From: an uncultured Bacilli bacterium
Lineage (GTDB): Bacteria > Bacillota_I > Bacilli_A > RF39 > UBA660
Length of the DNA stretch: 64,000 nucleotides
Direction of reading: 5' to 3'
Assembly: GCA_947624175.1 (NCBI GenBank)
Contig: CANQJD010000001.1
Location: 1,897 to 65,896 of the forward strand
The translations under genes and the position numbers were made by a program. Positions 10,958 through 22,240 of this stretch are shown here, in pieces. The notes under the pieces are model-generated. The model was given only the letters and a program-made list of their open reading frames with translations, did not search any database and was not told the origin of the DNA. Each line of letters begins with the position of its first letter. The stretch's first letter is position 1.

Positions 10958-11839
10958 TTACATCACCTCGACTTTGGATACTTCTATTACAAACCTATCC
11001 ATGAATAAATTAATATTTAAGTTTAAAGTTATCGTTAGCATATTCTTAAACTCTACAACTTTTTCTAAATAATAAATTAAGTCTGTAAGAGAAATATTTC
11101 CTAAATTCGCCTTTATTATATCATAAAATTTTAGGTTTTGAGTAGTTTTTATTTGATATTTTTCATTTATTAAAGATGATAAGATAACTTCCATGGTATT
11201 GAAAGCCTTAATTATTTTATCTCTATCTGGGTATTTATCTAAAAACAAAGTCTTGATGTAAGGCATGGTATTTTCTTTTTCAAGATGTAATTTTTGAATA
11301 AATTCGGTTAAAGCCTTAATATCTTCTTCTAAATAAGTAGTTTGTTGATTAGTCGTTAAAGTAATTAAATTACAACGAGATAATATAGTTGGTAAAATTT
11401 GAGTTCTATTTTCAGTCACTAAAAAAGCATAGATACCAGGTTCTGGCTCTTCAATGAATTTTAATAAGGAATTGCTAGCACTAGCATTCATTTTCTCGGC
11501 TGATTTAATTATATAAACTTGATTTGTATCATTAGATGACTTTAAACTTAAAGATTGTTGTAAGGTTTCAATTTGCTCTTTCTTAATACTCATTCCATCA
11601 GGTTCTATTATCTTTAAATCTGAATAGGTATTAGTATCAATTAAGTGGCAAATGTTGCAATCAGGACAAGAGTTTTGATTAGTATAATGATTTTTACAAA
11701 TTAACATTTTAGCAAATGCTAATATCATTGGAAAAGATGCTTCTATATTTGCAACTTCAAAGATATAAGCATGATAATAGTTTTTTAAATTTATAGCATA
11801 TTTATAAAATTCATTATCTTGATAATCATCTAACATCAA
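10958..11839 (-). CDS. holB: DNA polymerase III delta' subunit
   Basis: Size, zinc-module cysteines (CPDCNICH), the SRC motif (ILSRCNLI) and the holB-ricT synteny. Confidence 0.75.
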   Translation of the reverse strand: MMLDDYQDNEFYKYAINLKNYYHAYIFEVANIEASFPMILAFAKMLICKNHYTNQNSCPDCNICHLIDTNTYSDLKIIEPDGMSIKKEQIETLQQSLSLKSSNDTNQVYIIKSAEKMNASASNSLLKFIEEPEPGIYAFLVTENRTQILPTILSRCNLITLTTNQQTTYLEEDIKALTEFIQKLHLEKENTMPYIKTLFLDKYPDRDKIIKAFNTMEVILSSLINEKYQIKTTQNLKFYDIIKANLGNISLTDLIYYLEKVVEFKNMLTITLNLNINLFMDRFVIEVSKVEVM

Positions 11840-11844
11840 ATCAC

Positions 11845-12030
11845 CTACAATCCAACTATTTTGAGAATAACTAAAGAAAACAAGCCTGGTATATCTAAAA
11901 GTCCTACGGTTGCTATGGTAAAAAGATTAATAGGTACGGTTATATTAAAGGTTACAGCAATTAAATTATAGGCATAAAGCATAAAACCACCTAATACAAA
12001 TCTTTTTAAATATTTAAAAAATATATGCAT
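11845..12030 (-). CDS. bofA: BofA-family small membrane protein (pro-sigma-K processing inhibitor family)
   Basis: TVPINLFTIATVGLLDIPGLFSLVILK closely parallels the conserved BofA C-terminal half. It lies after recR as in Bacillus. Confidence 0.75.
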   Translation of the reverse strand: MHIFFKYLKRFVLGGFMLYAYNLIAVTFNITVPINLFTIATVGLLDIPGLFSLVILKIVGL

Positions 12031-12075
12031 GAAATCACCTATAAAACTTTATGATTTTGGGCTTGTTATATGATA

Positions 12076-12675
12076 TTATTTACCAATATTTTTTCGATTA
12101 TCAAAGGCCTTTTCTAAAGTCATTGGATCAATGTACTCCATATCAGCTCCCATTGGGATACCTGATGCAAGGCGACTTACGATAACATTCATTCCTGATA
12201 AAACATTACTAATATAAAGGGCTGTCATTTCTCCTTCTAAGCATGGTTTTACGGCAATAATAACTTCTTTAAATTTTCCATCTTCAATTCTTTTTATTAA
12301 TTTATCTAGTCTTATATTTTCAGGATTAATGCCATCTAAAGTTGAAATTAAACCATTTAATACATGATAATAGCCGTGATAAATTCCAAGTTTTTCAATA
12401 GAAATAATTGATTTAGGATCTTCAACTACACATATATAATCAGGGTTTCTTAAAGAATCATTGCAAATTAAACAAGTATCAGATTCCGAAATATTATTAC
12501 AGATTTGACAATGTTTTATTTTGGCTTTAACATCTTGAATACTATGGGCCAAGAATTCAGCCTGTTCTTTTTCCATTCCAAGAACGTGTAAAGCCATGCG
12601 TTCGGCGGACTTTTCTCCTATTCCCGGAAAATATTTTAAGGCTTCGATTAAGTTATTAACACTTTTAGGATACAT
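12076..12675 (-). CDS. recR: recombination protein RecR
   Basis: N-terminal HhH (LKYFPGIGEKSAERMA), C4 zinc finger (CQICNN...CLIC) and a Toprim domain. Confidence 0.92.
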   Translation of the reverse strand: MYPKSVNNLIEALKYFPGIGEKSAERMALHVLGMEKEQAEFLAHSIQDVKAKIKHCQICNNISESDTCLICNDSLRNPDYICVVEDPKSIISIEKLGIYHGYYHVLNGLISTLDGINPENIRLDKLIKRIEDGKFKEVIIAVKPCLEGEMTALYISNVLSGMNVIVSRLASGIPMGADMEYIDPMTLEKAFDNRKNIGK

Positions 12676-12680
12676 AATTT

Positions 12681-12980
12681 CTAAAACATACCTGGCATCA
12701 TATTAGCGTATTTGCCCATTTTTTGTTCTGTTGCTTTATCTACTTGACTTAATGCATCATTGATTGCAACTTGAACCATATCTTCTAACATATCTATATC
12801 TTCTACTGAAAAGTCTTCATCAGGTTTTATTGTTACCTTTAAAACTTCCTTCTTTCCATTTACTTTAACTGTTACAAAGGAACTTTCAGCTGTAAATTCC
12901 ATTTTATCGATTTCATCCTTTGCTTTCATCATATCTTTTTGTAAACTTTGAGCTTGTTTCATTAATGCTTGTATATTCAT
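12681..12980 (-). CDS. ybaB: YbaB/EbfC nucleoid-associated protein
   Basis: 99 aa, MNIQALMKQAQSLQKDM..., in the conserved dnaX-ybaB-recR arrangement. Confidence 0.9.
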   Translation of the reverse strand: MNIQALMKQAQSLQKDMMKAKDEIDKMEFTAESSFVTVKVNGKKEVLKVTIKPDEDFSVEDIDMLEDMVQVAINDALSQVDKATEQKMGKYANMMPGMF

Positions 12981-12994
12981 ATTTTTCTCCTCTC

Positions 12995-14704
12995 CTATTC
13001 AACCTCGACAACATCGCTTCCAAATGTGTCAATTGCTTTTTGTACTAAATTAGAGTAACATACTTCTTTATTTTTTTCAATCTTTATTTCGTTATCTAGT
13101 GATTTTTTTTTCAAAAGAGGTTTGTCCTCTTCTTTATATATATAATAATCTTTATCTTTGATATGAGTTTTATAATTTACTACTTCTTGCTTAAATTCTT
13201 CTTCACTTAAAACGACAATGCTATATTCATGTTCAAAGAGTTTAGCAATTAATTCATTTGTTAAATCAAAGTATTCATATATTTTATCAATTACAGATGG
13301 ATATTTAGAAACTAATATTAAGTTTTTATCACTGGCAACACCAACTTCTATATCCTTCAAATCAGTTGCTACTTTCTGATATTTTGTATCAGTTAAGTAA
13401 TCATCTAACTTTTGCCATTTATCTAAAGCCATATTTTTTAAAAGTTTACTTGCCATCGCGAAGGTATTGTTAATTCTAACTTGCTTACTATCTAAATCTA
13501 TATCATACTTTTCTTCTAGATTTTCTTTGGTTTCTTCTTTTACATCATTTCCCGAAACTGATTCAGTTTTTGGCAAAGAATTTACTATTTCCTGGGAAAT
13601 TGGAGTCTTTAGGTTTGGATTAGCTTCTAGAGTCGTTTGTTTCAAAGGTAATGGTTGTTCAATAGTCTCTTCATTATTCATGAACGACAATAATTTTACT
13701 TCTAAAATTATTCTTCTATTGGCTGCCTCTTTTAACATATTATAAGTTTCATTGAAACAAATAATTAAATTTGAAAGATCTTTAGGATTATATTTACTAG
13801 CATCATTTTTCGTATAATGAGCTACTAATAAATCTCGAAGTTCCTCGAGAATCTTCTCAATTATTTTAGAAAAGTCAATTCCAAGATTTGAAAATTTATC
13901 TAGTGTTTCTATTACATTAACATTATCATGGCTTAAGATTTCATCAATAAATAAATCAATATCGCTTTTAGAAATCAGGCCATTTATTTTTAAGAAATCA
14001 TCAGCTGTTATTTCTTCTAAAGAATATGATGCAAGTTTATCAAGCATACCTAAAGCATCTCTTAATCCACCATCGGCATATAAAGCAATTTCATGAATGG
14101 CTTCATCAGTTATTTTAATTTTCTCTTTACTTGCAATACCTTTAAGTCTAGCCTCTAAATTTTCTAATTTAATTCTTGTAAAATTTAAGCATTGGCATCT
14201 CGAAACGATGGTTGTTGGAACTTTATAAAATTCTGTTGTTGCTAGAATAAAGATTACATGACTAGGTGGTTCTTCTAGTGTTTTTAATAAAGCATTAAAA
14301 GCACTAATCGATAACATATGAACTTCATCAATGATATAAACTTTATATTTTAATTTATTAGGTACTAAATTAATTTTACTTTTTAATTCCCTAATTTCAT
14401 CTACACCATTATTACTAGCAGCATCTATTTCAATGATATCTGAACTATTATTCTCAATATCTAAACAATTTTCACACTTGCCGCAGACCGAAAAATCATC
14501 TTTAATATTTAAACAATTTATTGTTTTAGCAACTAATTTAGCAACCGTTGTTTTACCTGTTCCACGTGGTCCTGAAAATAAATAAGCATGTGAGATTTTA
14601 TTTTCTTTGATGGAATTAGTTATTATTTTTAAAATTGTTTCTTGATCTACAACATCACTAAATTTAGTTGGTCGATACTTTCGATATAATGCTTGATATT
14701 CCAT
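12995..14704 (-). CDS. dnaX: DNA polymerase III gamma/tau subunit
   Basis: AAA+ clamp-loader motifs (GPRGTGKTT, IIDEVHMLS, SRCQ) and a zinc module (CGKCENC). Confidence 0.93.
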   Translation of the reverse strand: MEYQALYRKYRPTKFSDVVDQETILKIITNSIKENKISHAYLFSGPRGTGKTTVAKLVAKTINCLNIKDDFSVCGKCENCLDIENNSSDIIEIDAASNNGVDEIRELKSKINLVPNKLKYKVYIIDEVHMLSISAFNALLKTLEEPPSHVIFILATTEFYKVPTTIVSRCQCLNFTRIKLENLEARLKGIASKEKIKITDEAIHEIALYADGGLRDALGMLDKLASYSLEEITADDFLKINGLISKSDIDLFIDEILSHDNVNVIETLDKFSNLGIDFSKIIEKILEELRDLLVAHYTKNDASKYNPKDLSNLIICFNETYNMLKEAANRRIILEVKLLSFMNNEETIEQPLPLKQTTLEANPNLKTPISQEIVNSLPKTESVSGNDVKEETKENLEEKYDIDLDSKQVRINNTFAMASKLLKNMALDKWQKLDDYLTDTKYQKVATDLKDIEVGVASDKNLILVSKYPSVIDKIYEYFDLTNELIAKLFEHEYSIVVLSEEEFKQEVVNYKTHIKDKDYYIYKEEDKPLLKKKSLDNEIKIEKNKEVCYSNLVQKAIDTFGSDVVEVE

Positions 14705-14774
14705 AAATTCACCTCCATACTTAATATCTATTATATCAAAAAAAATTATTTCAGTGGAAATAATTTACTTAATT

Positions 14775-15236
14775 TTACTTATTTCTTTGTTCTTTAAAAA
14801 ACTTTTGTAAAATTTCAATACATTTATCTTCTAAAATACCTGTTTTTATTTCAAAACTTGAACTATTTTTATCAGTTTCAAAGATTAAATCTACTATTTT
14901 CTTAAATTTTTGGTCTTGATTAGTAGCACCTACGACAACTTGTTTTATTCTTGATTCTTTGATTGCACTAGCACACATAGGACAAGGAGACATGGTTATA
15001 TATAAAGTGGCATCATTAATTCTCCAATCATGGATTTTATGACTCGCCTTGCGAATTGCTATCATTTCTGCATGATTAGTAATATCATGTGTTTTCTGTC
15101 TTGTATTATGAGCTTTAGCTATAACTTTATCATTTAAAACTAAAACTGCTCCAACTGGTACTTCTTTTTTTTTATAAGCCTTAAAAGCTTCTTTTAAAGC
15201 TAAATTCATATAATATTCATCATTCATATTACACAC
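14775..15236 (-). CDS. tadA: tRNA-specific adenosine deaminase
   Basis: CDA-fold motifs HAEMIAI and PCPMCASA. The start may be the internal MNDEYY. Confidence 0.9.
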   Translation of the reverse strand: MCNMNDEYYMNLALKEAFKAYKKKEVPVGAVLVLNDKVIAKAHNTRQKTHDITNHAEMIAIRKASHKIHDWRINDATLYITMSPCPMCASAIKESRIKQVVVGATNQDQKFKKIVDLIFETDKNSSSFEIKTGILEDKCIEILQKFFKEQRNK

Positions 15237-15247
15237 CTATAAAATAA

Positions 15248-15323
15248 AAGTGCACATAAAAGAGTTATGTTAAGGCTGCTGTCTTCCGACCCTGACCTGG
15301 TTCCATTTCTTTTATTGCACGAG
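15248..15323 (-). ncRNA. ffs: small signal recognition particle RNA (4.5S/scRNA type)
   Basis: The minus strand reads GTGCAATAAAAGA...CCAGGTCAGGGTCGGAAGACAGCAGCC...TCTTTTATGTGCAC. The conserved domain IV motif is flanked by a closing helix formed by the two ends. A TTGCAT-17-TAAAAT promoter lies just upstream on the same strand (about 15329-15357). It sits between tadA and gyrA. The ends are approximate. Confidence 0.8.
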
Positions 15324-15579
15324 TAATATTTTACACTACTTCTTAAATTAATGCAAGTAATTTCTTTCAATTTAAATATTATTTAAAATCATTGTGTCAA
15401 ATTTGTGTTAACTCTATTGACAAGATTTTTTTGTTCATGATATATATAATGTATAATATATGTTTACTAACTCTTGCTATGTTATATAGATGTTTCGCAA
15501 AAAACGGAATTTTCACGAAACATATAGTTTCCTTTATTTATCAAGGATTTATACAAGAAAAAAGATGCTGATTTAAATT

Positions 15580-18246
15580 TTATTCAACATCTTTTTCAAT
15601 TTTTTCTTCATTTTCTATAGCTGGTTCTTCCGAAACATTATCCGTTTCTACTACCTCGTTGTCTGGATTTTCTTCTTCACTTTTCTCAAGGACTGTAACC
15701 GTTGCAACATGATGTTCTTCTTTTAGATTAATTAATCTTACACCTTGTGTTGCTCTTCTTAAAGTTGATACTTGTTCAAGAGATATACGAATTATAATAC
15801 CAGCATCAGTTATCATGATTAAATCTTCATCACCAACAACAGATTTTAAGGTTACTAAATTACCATTTTTCTCGGTTACGTTTAAGGCTTTAACACCTTT
15901 ACTACCACGATGAGTTAAACGATACTCATCAATTGGCGTTTTCTTTCCATAACCTTTCTCAGTTACAATTAAGACTTGATGGTCAGGAGTAATTACTTCT
16001 CCACCAACAACTTTGCTATCTCCTAAATCTATACCTCGAACACCGCTTGCCGTTCTACCCATGATTCTTACTTCATTTTCAATGAATCGAACCATGCGGC
16101 CATTTGTAGCACCAATTATGATTTCATTCTCACCTGTTGTTTTTTGAACTGCAATTAACTCATCATCTTCTCTTAAAGAAATTGCTATCTTACCATTTGT
16201 TCTAATATTATCAAACTCATGTAAGTCTGTTCTCTTAACAACACCATTTCTGGTTATGAAGAATAAATATTTATAAATATCTTCATCTGGTTTCAAAGAA
16301 ACAATTGAATTAATCTTTTCATCTTTTTCAAGTGATAACAAGTTAATAATTGGAAGACCCTTACTTTGTCTACTAAATTCTGGAACTTCGTAACCTTTCA
16401 TTCGATATACCTTACCTTTATTACTAAAGAATAAGACATAGTCATGAGTTTTCGTGTATATCATTTTTTCAACAAAATCTTCTTCATTCGTGGTCATTCC
16501 TTTAATTCCAACACCACCGCGATTTTGAGTTCTATATTCTGATACTAGCATTCTCTTAATATAACCTCTGTTAGTTAAAGCTATTAATGTATCTTCAACT
16601 GGTATTAAAGATTCATCTTCAATGTAATCAATAGCTGTCATATCAATTTTTGTTCTTCTATCATCAGCATATTTTCTCTTAATTTCTAACATTTCTTCTT
16701 TGATAATATTATCAATTCGCTCAGGTGATGCTAAAATATCTTTATAATCCGCAATCTTAACAAGTAAATCAGCAAGTTCATTTTCAACTTTACTTCTCTC
16801 TAATCCTGTTAAACTACGAAGCCTCATTTGAAGAATACTATTAGCTTGAATTTCATCAAGGCCAAATCTTGAAATTAATTTAGTCCTTGCATCTTCATCA
16901 CTTTCAGCACCTCTTATAATCTTAACAACTTCATCAATATTATCAAGAGCTATCTTTAAGCCTTCTAAAATATGTACTCTTTCTTCAGCTTTCTTTAAAT
17001 CATACTTCGTTCTTCTAATAATTACTTCTCTTTGATGATCAATATATTTAGCAATTATATCTTTTAAACCAAGAGTTCTTGGAGTTTTTCCATCAATCAT
17101 TAAGAAAATAATACCATAATTAACTTGGAAGTTAGTATGTTTATATAAATTATTTAATACTACTTGAGGATTAGCATCCCTTTTTAAAGTAATCGTTATC
17201 TTAACACCATCTTTTAAATCAGTATGATAGTCAGATATACCATCAATTACTTTATTATGAACAAGTTCTGCTACTTTATTTTTAAGTTCCATTGTATTAA
17301 CACCATAAGGAACCTCATCAATTACAATTGTATTATGATTTTTACCTTCTTCAATAGTAGCTTTACTTCTAATCGTGATACTGCCACGACCAGTTTCATA
17401 GGCCTTTTTGATACCTGAATTACCAAGAATTATACCACCAGTTGGAAAATCAGGCCCTTTTATATATTGCATCAAGCCCATGGTATCTATATCCGGATTA
17501 TCAATATAAGCAACACATCCATCGATTACTTCTCCTAAATTATGAGGAGGAATATTAGTAGCCATACCAACGGCAATTCCCATTGAACCATTTACTAAAA
17601 TATTAGGAAATCTTGATGGTAAAACGGTTGGTTCGTCTAAAGTTTCATCGAAGTTTTTCATCATATCAACAGTATCTTTATTGATATCACGAAGTAGTTC
17701 TAATGATAATTTGGCAAGTCGAGATTCGGTGTAACGCATAGCTGCGGCTCCATCACCTTCAATGTTACCAAAGTTACCATGACCATCTATTAACACATAT
17801 CTTTGATTAAAATCTTGAGCTAAACGAACCATAGCTTCATAAATTGAAGAATCTCCGTGTGGGTGATAATTACCCATAACTTCTCCAACGGTTTTAGCAC
17901 TCTTACGATGTGGTTTATCAGGAGTATAGCCAGATGCATACATTGACCATAAAATCCGTCTATGAACTGGTTTTAAACCATCACGAAGGTCAGGAATAGC
18001 CCGAGAGACAATAACACTCATTGAATAATCAAGGAAAGATTTAGATACTTCTTCAACAATATTTTGTTCCGTTAATTTATCGTGTTCATGAAAAGTGCCA
18101 CCAAAATCAGTATTAACTACTTCGTCAGTCACCTCTTCTAAAGAAGAATCATCGTTAGTTTCTTCAGAATCTTCACTATTACTATCAGCTTCAGCTCGTT
18201 CTAATAATTCTTCTAAATCATCTTTATTTTCTTCATTAGTATCCAT
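15580..18246 (-). CDS. gyrA: DNA gyrase subunit A (with acidic N-terminal extension and acidic C-tail)
   Basis: Contains [19 protein letters not shown], the catalytic Tyr region AAMRYTE, and the C-terminal beta-pinwheel. A strong GGAGG RBS precedes the ATG at 18246. Confidence 0.95.
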   Translation of the reverse strand: MDTNEENKDDLEELLERAEADSNSEDSEETNDDSSLEEVTDEVVNTDFGGTFHEHDKLTEQNIVEEVSKSFLDYSMSVIVSRAIPDLRDGLKPVHRRILWSMYASGYTPDKPHRKSAKTVGEVMGNYHPHGDSSIYEAMVRLAQDFNQRYVLIDGHGNFGNIEGDGAAAMRYTESRLAKLSLELLRDINKDTVDMMKNFDETLDEPTVLPSRFPNILVNGSMGIAVGMATNIPPHNLGEVIDGCVAYIDNPDIDTMGLMQYIKGPDFPTGGIILGNSGIKKAYETGRGSITIRSKATIEEGKNHNTIVIDEVPYGVNTMELKNKVAELVHNKVIDGISDYHTDLKDGVKITITLKRDANPQVVLNNLYKHTNFQVNYGIIFLMIDGKTPRTLGLKDIIAKYIDHQREVIIRRTKYDLKKAEERVHILEGLKIALDNIDEVVKIIRGAESDEDARTKLISRFGLDEIQANSILQMRLRSLTGLERSKVENELADLLVKIADYKDILASPERIDNIIKEEMLEIKRKYADDRRTKIDMTAIDYIEDESLIPVEDTLIALTNRGYIKRMLVSEYRTQNRGGVGIKGMTTNEEDFVEKMIYTKTHDYVLFFSNKGKVYRMKGYEVPEFSRQSKGLPIINLLSLEKDEKINSIVSLKPDEDIYKYLFFITRNGVVKRTDLHEFDNIRTNGKIAISLREDDELIAVQKTTGENEIIIGATNGRMVRFIENEVRIMGRTASGVRGIDLGDSKVVGGEVITPDHQVLIVTEKGYGKKTPIDEYRLTHRGSKGVKALNVTEKNGNLVTLKSVVGDEDLIMITDAGIIIRISLEQVSTLRRATQGVRLINLKEEHHVATVTVLEKSEEENPDNEVVETDNVSEEPAIENEEKIEKDVE

Positions 18247-18257
18247 ATATAAACCTC

Positions 18258-20204
18258 CTAAATATCAAGATTTTCAACAGTATAGGCATAATCTTCGATG
18301 TATTTTCTTCTTGGTTCTACTTCATCACCCATAAGTTTTTCAAATATCTTATCAGCAGCAACACAATCGCCTACTGTTATCTTTCTTAATGTTCTCTTTG
18401 TAATATCCATAGTTGTTTCATTTAACTCTTCAGCATCCATTTCTCCTAAACCTTTCATTCGAGCTATTTCAACCCTGCTTCTAACATTATCAGGTAGGCT
18501 TGATAAATATGCATCTCTTTCTTTTTCATCAAGAACATATTTTCTTGTTTTTCCGTGCATTATCCTAAATAATGGGGGTTGAGCAGCATAAACATGGCCT
18601 GCTTCAACAATAGGTTTAAAGAAACGATAGAATAAAGTTAATAATAGTATTCTAATATGAGCTCCATCAACATCGGCATCGGTCATGATAATTATCTTAT
18701 CATATCTTAACTTAGATAAATCAAAGTATTCACCTATTCCAGTTCCAAAAGCGGTTATAATGGTTTTGATTTCTTCATTTCCCAAGGCCTTATCTAACCT
18801 TGCTTTTTCAACATTTAATATCTTTCCACGAAGAGGTAAAATAGCTTGAGTCATTGCATCTCTTCCTTTTTTAGCTGAACCACCAGCCGAATCTCCCTCG
18901 ACTATAAAGATTTCAGATATTGTTGGGTCTTTACTCTTACAATCAGATAATTTCCCAAAGAAATTGGTTGTTGTTAAATCCGTCTTTCTTGTTGCTTCTC
19001 TGGCTTTCTTGGCTGCCATTCTGGCATCTCTTGCTAATATAGCCTTATTAATAATCGTCTTGGCTTCTTGAGGATTTTCAAGTAAGAATCTCTCGAATCC
19101 TTCAGCAAAGACACTATCAGCTAAATTCTTAACTTCACTATTTCCTAGTCTTCCTTTAGTCTGTCCTTCAAATTGAGGATTAGGATGCTTACAAGATATA
19201 ATCATTGTAAGTCCTTCTTTAACATCATCATCTTTTAAATTCTCATCTTTTTCTTTTAATAAGTTAGCTTTTCTAGCATAACTATTGATAACTCTTGTTA
19301 AAGCTCTTTTAACACCATCTTCATGCGTTCCACCATCATGAGTATTGATATTATTAACAAATGAATAAATATTAGGATTATAAGATGTATTATATTGCAT
19401 AGCAACCTCAAAGAATACACCATCTTTTTCTCCTTGTAAATGAATAATATCTTCATGAAGCGGAGTTTTTTCTTGATTTATAAATCTAACATATTCACTT
19501 ATTCCACCTTCATACATGAATGTTTCTCCAGTTGTATCTTCAAGGTCTCTATCATCCCTTATATTTAAAGATAATCCACGATTTAAGAAGGCTAACTCTC
19601 TTACTCTTGTTTTTAAGGTTTCATAATCATAGATATCAGTATCAAAAATATCTGGGTCTGGTTTAAAAGAAACGGTTGTTCCTGTTCTATCTTTATCACA
19701 CTCTCCTATTTCATGAAGTGGTTCAACTGTATGTCCTCCGTTTTCAAATTTTATATAATTAACTTTTCCATCTTTATAAACTGTTACTTCTACCCATTTA
19801 CTTAAAGCATTTACAACAGAGGCTCCAACACCATGTAATCCTCCTGAGACTTTATAGCCCCCTCCTCCAAATTTACCACCAGCATGAAGTACTGTATAAA
19901 CTGTTTCAACCGTTGATATTCCTGTTTTGGGATGAATATCAGTCGGTATTCCACGACCATCATCTTTTACGGTAATTGAATTATCTTTATTAATTATAAT
20001 TTCAATATTATTACAATATCCTGCTAAAGCTTCATCAATTGAGTTATCAACGATTTCCCAAACTAAATGATGTAATCCTTTTACATCGGTTGTTCCAATA
20101 TACATACCTGGCCGTTTTCTTACAGCCTCTAGTCCTTCTAATACTTGAATTGATGAAGAATCATAACTTCCTTGTACTTTTTCTTCTTCCATTTCTAACA
20201 CCAC
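18258..20204 (-). CDS. gyrB: DNA gyrase subunit B
   Basis: GHKL ATPase ([16 protein letters not shown]), Toprim ([14 protein letters not shown]) and [10 protein letters not shown]. The true start may be MEEEK at 20192. Confidence 0.95.
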   Translation of the reverse strand: MVLEMEEEKVQGSYDSSSIQVLEGLEAVRKRPGMYIGTTDVKGLHHLVWEIVDNSIDEALAGYCNNIEIIINKDNSITVKDDGRGIPTDIHPKTGISTVETVYTVLHAGGKFGGGGYKVSGGLHGVGASVVNALSKWVEVTVYKDGKVNYIKFENGGHTVEPLHEIGECDKDRTGTTVSFKPDPDIFDTDIYDYETLKTRVRELAFLNRGLSLNIRDDRDLEDTTGETFMYEGGISEYVRFINQEKTPLHEDIIHLQGEKDGVFFEVAMQYNTSYNPNIYSFVNNINTHDGGTHEDGVKRALTRVINSYARKANLLKEKDENLKDDDVKEGLTMIISCKHPNPQFEGQTKGRLGNSEVKNLADSVFAEGFERFLLENPQEAKTIINKAILARDARMAAKKAREATRKTDLTTTNFFGKLSDCKSKDPTISEIFIVEGDSAGGSAKKGRDAMTQAILPLRGKILNVEKARLDKALGNEEIKTIITAFGTGIGEYFDLSKLRYDKIIIMTDADVDGAHIRILLLTLFYRFFKPIVEAGHVYAAQPPLFRIMHGKTRKYVLDEKERDAYLSSLPDNVRSRVEIARMKGLGEMDAEELNETTMDITKRTLRKITVGDCVAADKIFEKLMGDEVEPRRKYIEDYAYTVENLDI

Positions 20205-21315
20205 CTTTTGTTATTTTCACTTCTCCATTTTTTATTTTATAGATTCTTGCTTCTTCTACTAATTTCATATCTATATCATTGATATCAGTTGTTGTAATAA
20301 TAACTTGCATATCATCTTTAAAATACTTAATTATATTATTTCTTTTCTTAATATCGATCTCTGAAAAAACATCATCAAGTAAAAATACTGGATATTCACC
20401 TTTTATTTTCTTATATATCATAAGTTCAGCTATTTTATAGGCAATAACTATCATTCTTTGTTGCCCTTGAGATGCATATATCTTCGCGTCTTTCCCGTCT
20501 AGCAAAAATACTAAATCATCACGATGCAATCCAGTTATTGTCATTCCTTGCATCAATTCTTTTTGAAAATTACTCTCCCATTTTTTTAGAAGTAAAGTCC
20601 TAATCTTCTCTTCATCATAACTTTCTAAATTAAGCGAATTTTGATACATTACTTTAAGTCCACTAAGACCTGATATCTTTTTAAAGATATTCTCAATAAT
20701 CATATTAACTTCTTCTAAATAAGAAAATCTGAAATAATAAATTTTAACACTTAAATCAAGCATTTTTTGATTAATAACATCAAGATATTTTTTATCGGAT
20801 AAAGCATTTATATTTAATCTTTTTAAATACTCATTTCTGATTTTTAAGAGACTATTATATTCATTCATATACTTTAAATAATTATTATATAAAGAACCTA
20901 TTTGAATATTTAAGTTATTTCTTCTGATACTCGGAGAACCTTTAATTATTTCCATATCATTTGGTTCAAAAGAAGTAACACAAAAATTGGAAATATATTC
21001 TGAAATCTTTTTGATTTGGAATTTATTGATATAAACTCTTTTTCCAAACCTATCAACTTCAACTTGATAAGATTTTAAGACTTCATCATTTAAAACTTCT
21101 CCTGATATTTTTGCAAGATTACTATTATAGTTAATTAAATCAGAATCAATACCATTTCGATTACTTTTGGTTAAAGCTAATACATAAATAGCCTCAAGAA
21201 TACTTGTCTTTCCTTCTCCATTAGAACCAATTATAATATTAATACCAGGTGCAAAGTCAAGATTTACTTCTTGATAATTTCTGAAATTTTCTAATTTTAA
21301 ACTCTTTAATCTCAT
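20161..21315 (-). CDS. recF: DNA replication/repair protein RecF
   Basis: [14 protein letters not shown] and Walker [15 protein letters not shown], plus signature and Walker B ([11 protein letters not shown]). The 3' end overlaps the gyrB start. Confidence 0.9.
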   Translation of the reverse strand: MRLKSLKLENFRNYQEVNLDFAPGINIIIGSNGEGKTSILEAIYVLALTKSNRNGIDSDLINYNSNLAKISGEVLNDEVLKSYQVEVDRFGKRVYINKFQIKKISEYISNFCVTSFEPNDMEIIKGSPSIRRNNLNIQIGSLYNNYLKYMNEYNSLLKIRNEYLKRLNINALSDKKYLDVINQKMLDLSVKIYYFRFSYLEEVNMIIENIFKKISGLSGLKVMYQNSLNLESYDEEKIRTLLLKKWESNFQKELMQGMTITGLHRDDLVFLLDGKDAKIYASQGQQRMIVIAYKIAELMIYKKIKGEYPVFLLDDVFSEIDIKKRNNIIKYFKDDMQVIITTTDINDIDMKLVEEARIYKIKNGEVKITKGGVRNGRRKSTRKL

Positions 21316-21512
21316 AAAACATCACAAAAACCCTAAAAATCAAATTTTGGGTATTTCCTAATATACCTACCCGCTTAATTATTATATCATAAATTTGAGG
21401 GAAAACAATCCCAAATAACACTTTTAGACATTTTTTTATTGATTTTATATTTTCCACTTTTATTGGGGATAATTTTTTTATAAGAAAAGACACGAGTTAA
21501 GTGCCTTTCTAA

Positions 21513-22046
21513 CTATTTCTTTTTACTACTTGTTGCCTTTTTGGTTCGTGTTTGTTTTTTTGTTTCTTCTTTATTTGTGATTTTTTTAGCTGGTTCTTTG
21601 GAATACCTATCTACTAGAATTTGACGTAGACGCATGGCTCTAAATAATTGAGTTTCAAATGAATTATGAGATATTTTTAAAATTATTGTTTTGCCACTAT
21701 CAAAAGTTACTTTTGTATATCCTTTATATGGTGTGTATTTTTCAATATGTTTTAAAGATATCCATGAACAATTATCATTGTTATTACCATTAGTTGGAAA
21801 GAAGATAATATCATTACTATCTTCAATTACAATAGGTAGTTTATAACTAGAACCAAGGATCATTCTTGTTCCTTTTAATCTTCCATCATAAGTACTACCA
21901 TAGTAAGCACAACTATCTTCCATAACTTCAAATGTTTTTTTATCAATTAGATAATTTTCATCGCCTTCAATTATTTTGGTTGCTTCTTTTCCAACATTTA
22001 AAACGGCACAAGTATCTCGATTAATCTCATAAGAATCAAGATTCAT
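21513..22046 (-). CDS. comK: ComK-family competence transcription factor
   Basis: The SCAYYGSTYDGRLKGT...YKLPIVIE...IIFFPT...CSWISLKHI...KVTFDSGKTIILKISHNSFETQL pattern parallels B. subtilis ComK. I place the start at MNLDSY (ATG 22044-22046), which has an AAAGGGGGTGA RBS, rather than at the track start 22088. Confidence 0.75.
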   Translation of the reverse strand: MNLDSYEINRDTCAVLNVGKEATKIIEGDENYLIDKKTFEVMEDSCAYYGSTYDGRLKGTRMILGSSYKLPIVIEDSNDIIFFPTNGNNNDNCSWISLKHIEKYTPYKGYTKVTFDSGKTIILKISHNSFETQLFRAMRLRQILVDRYSKEPAKKITNKEETKKQTRTKKATSSKKK

Positions 22047-22135
22047 TAATTTCACCCCCTTTGAAATATAAAATTTAACTTTATCCACAAAAATGGTGGA
22101 AAACTCAAATTTCGGGGCTTATAATAGCAACATGC

Positions 22136-22166
22136 TTTGTCGAAATTTGTCGAATTTTGTCGAAAA
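22136..22166. repeat. three tandem 10-bp repeats (tttgtcgaaW) upstream of comK
   Basis: ttgtcgaa occurs at 22137, 22147 and 22157, with exactly 10-nt spacing. This is a candidate operator. Confidence 0.6.
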
Positions 22167-22240
22167 TGGAAAAAAATGTTAAAAAAAGACCAATTTTCTT
22201 TAAAAATCAGTCAAATTTTTGAAATTATTAGTTTTTTTTA

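Noticed and set aside
2821-20242. Short antisense ORFs inside DUF368, mfd, the ATPase, ricT, dnaX, gyrA and gyrB. Examples are 2821..3039, 3644..3829, 4472..4657, 4614..4829, 4892..5098, 8609..8857, 10419..10640, 13467..13745, 17224..17418, 18095..18334, 18298..18582 and 20039..20242.
   Set aside because: All are embedded in, or out of frame within, long conserved genes. They have low-complexity composition and no RBS.
21257-21493. 78-aa ORF in the comK-recF spacer, considered as a possible yaaA/rlbA (S4-like) or remB equivalent.
   Set aside because: The translation has no S4/RNA-binding pattern. It overlaps the recF start, has no SD sequence and is Ile/Phe/Lys-rich, as expected from AT-rich non-coding DNA.
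22136-22166. Tandem ttgtcgaa repeats considered as a CRISPR-like or minisatellite array.
   Set aside because: There are only three contiguous 10-bp units with no spacers. No cas genes are present. The position in a promoter region fits an operator instead.
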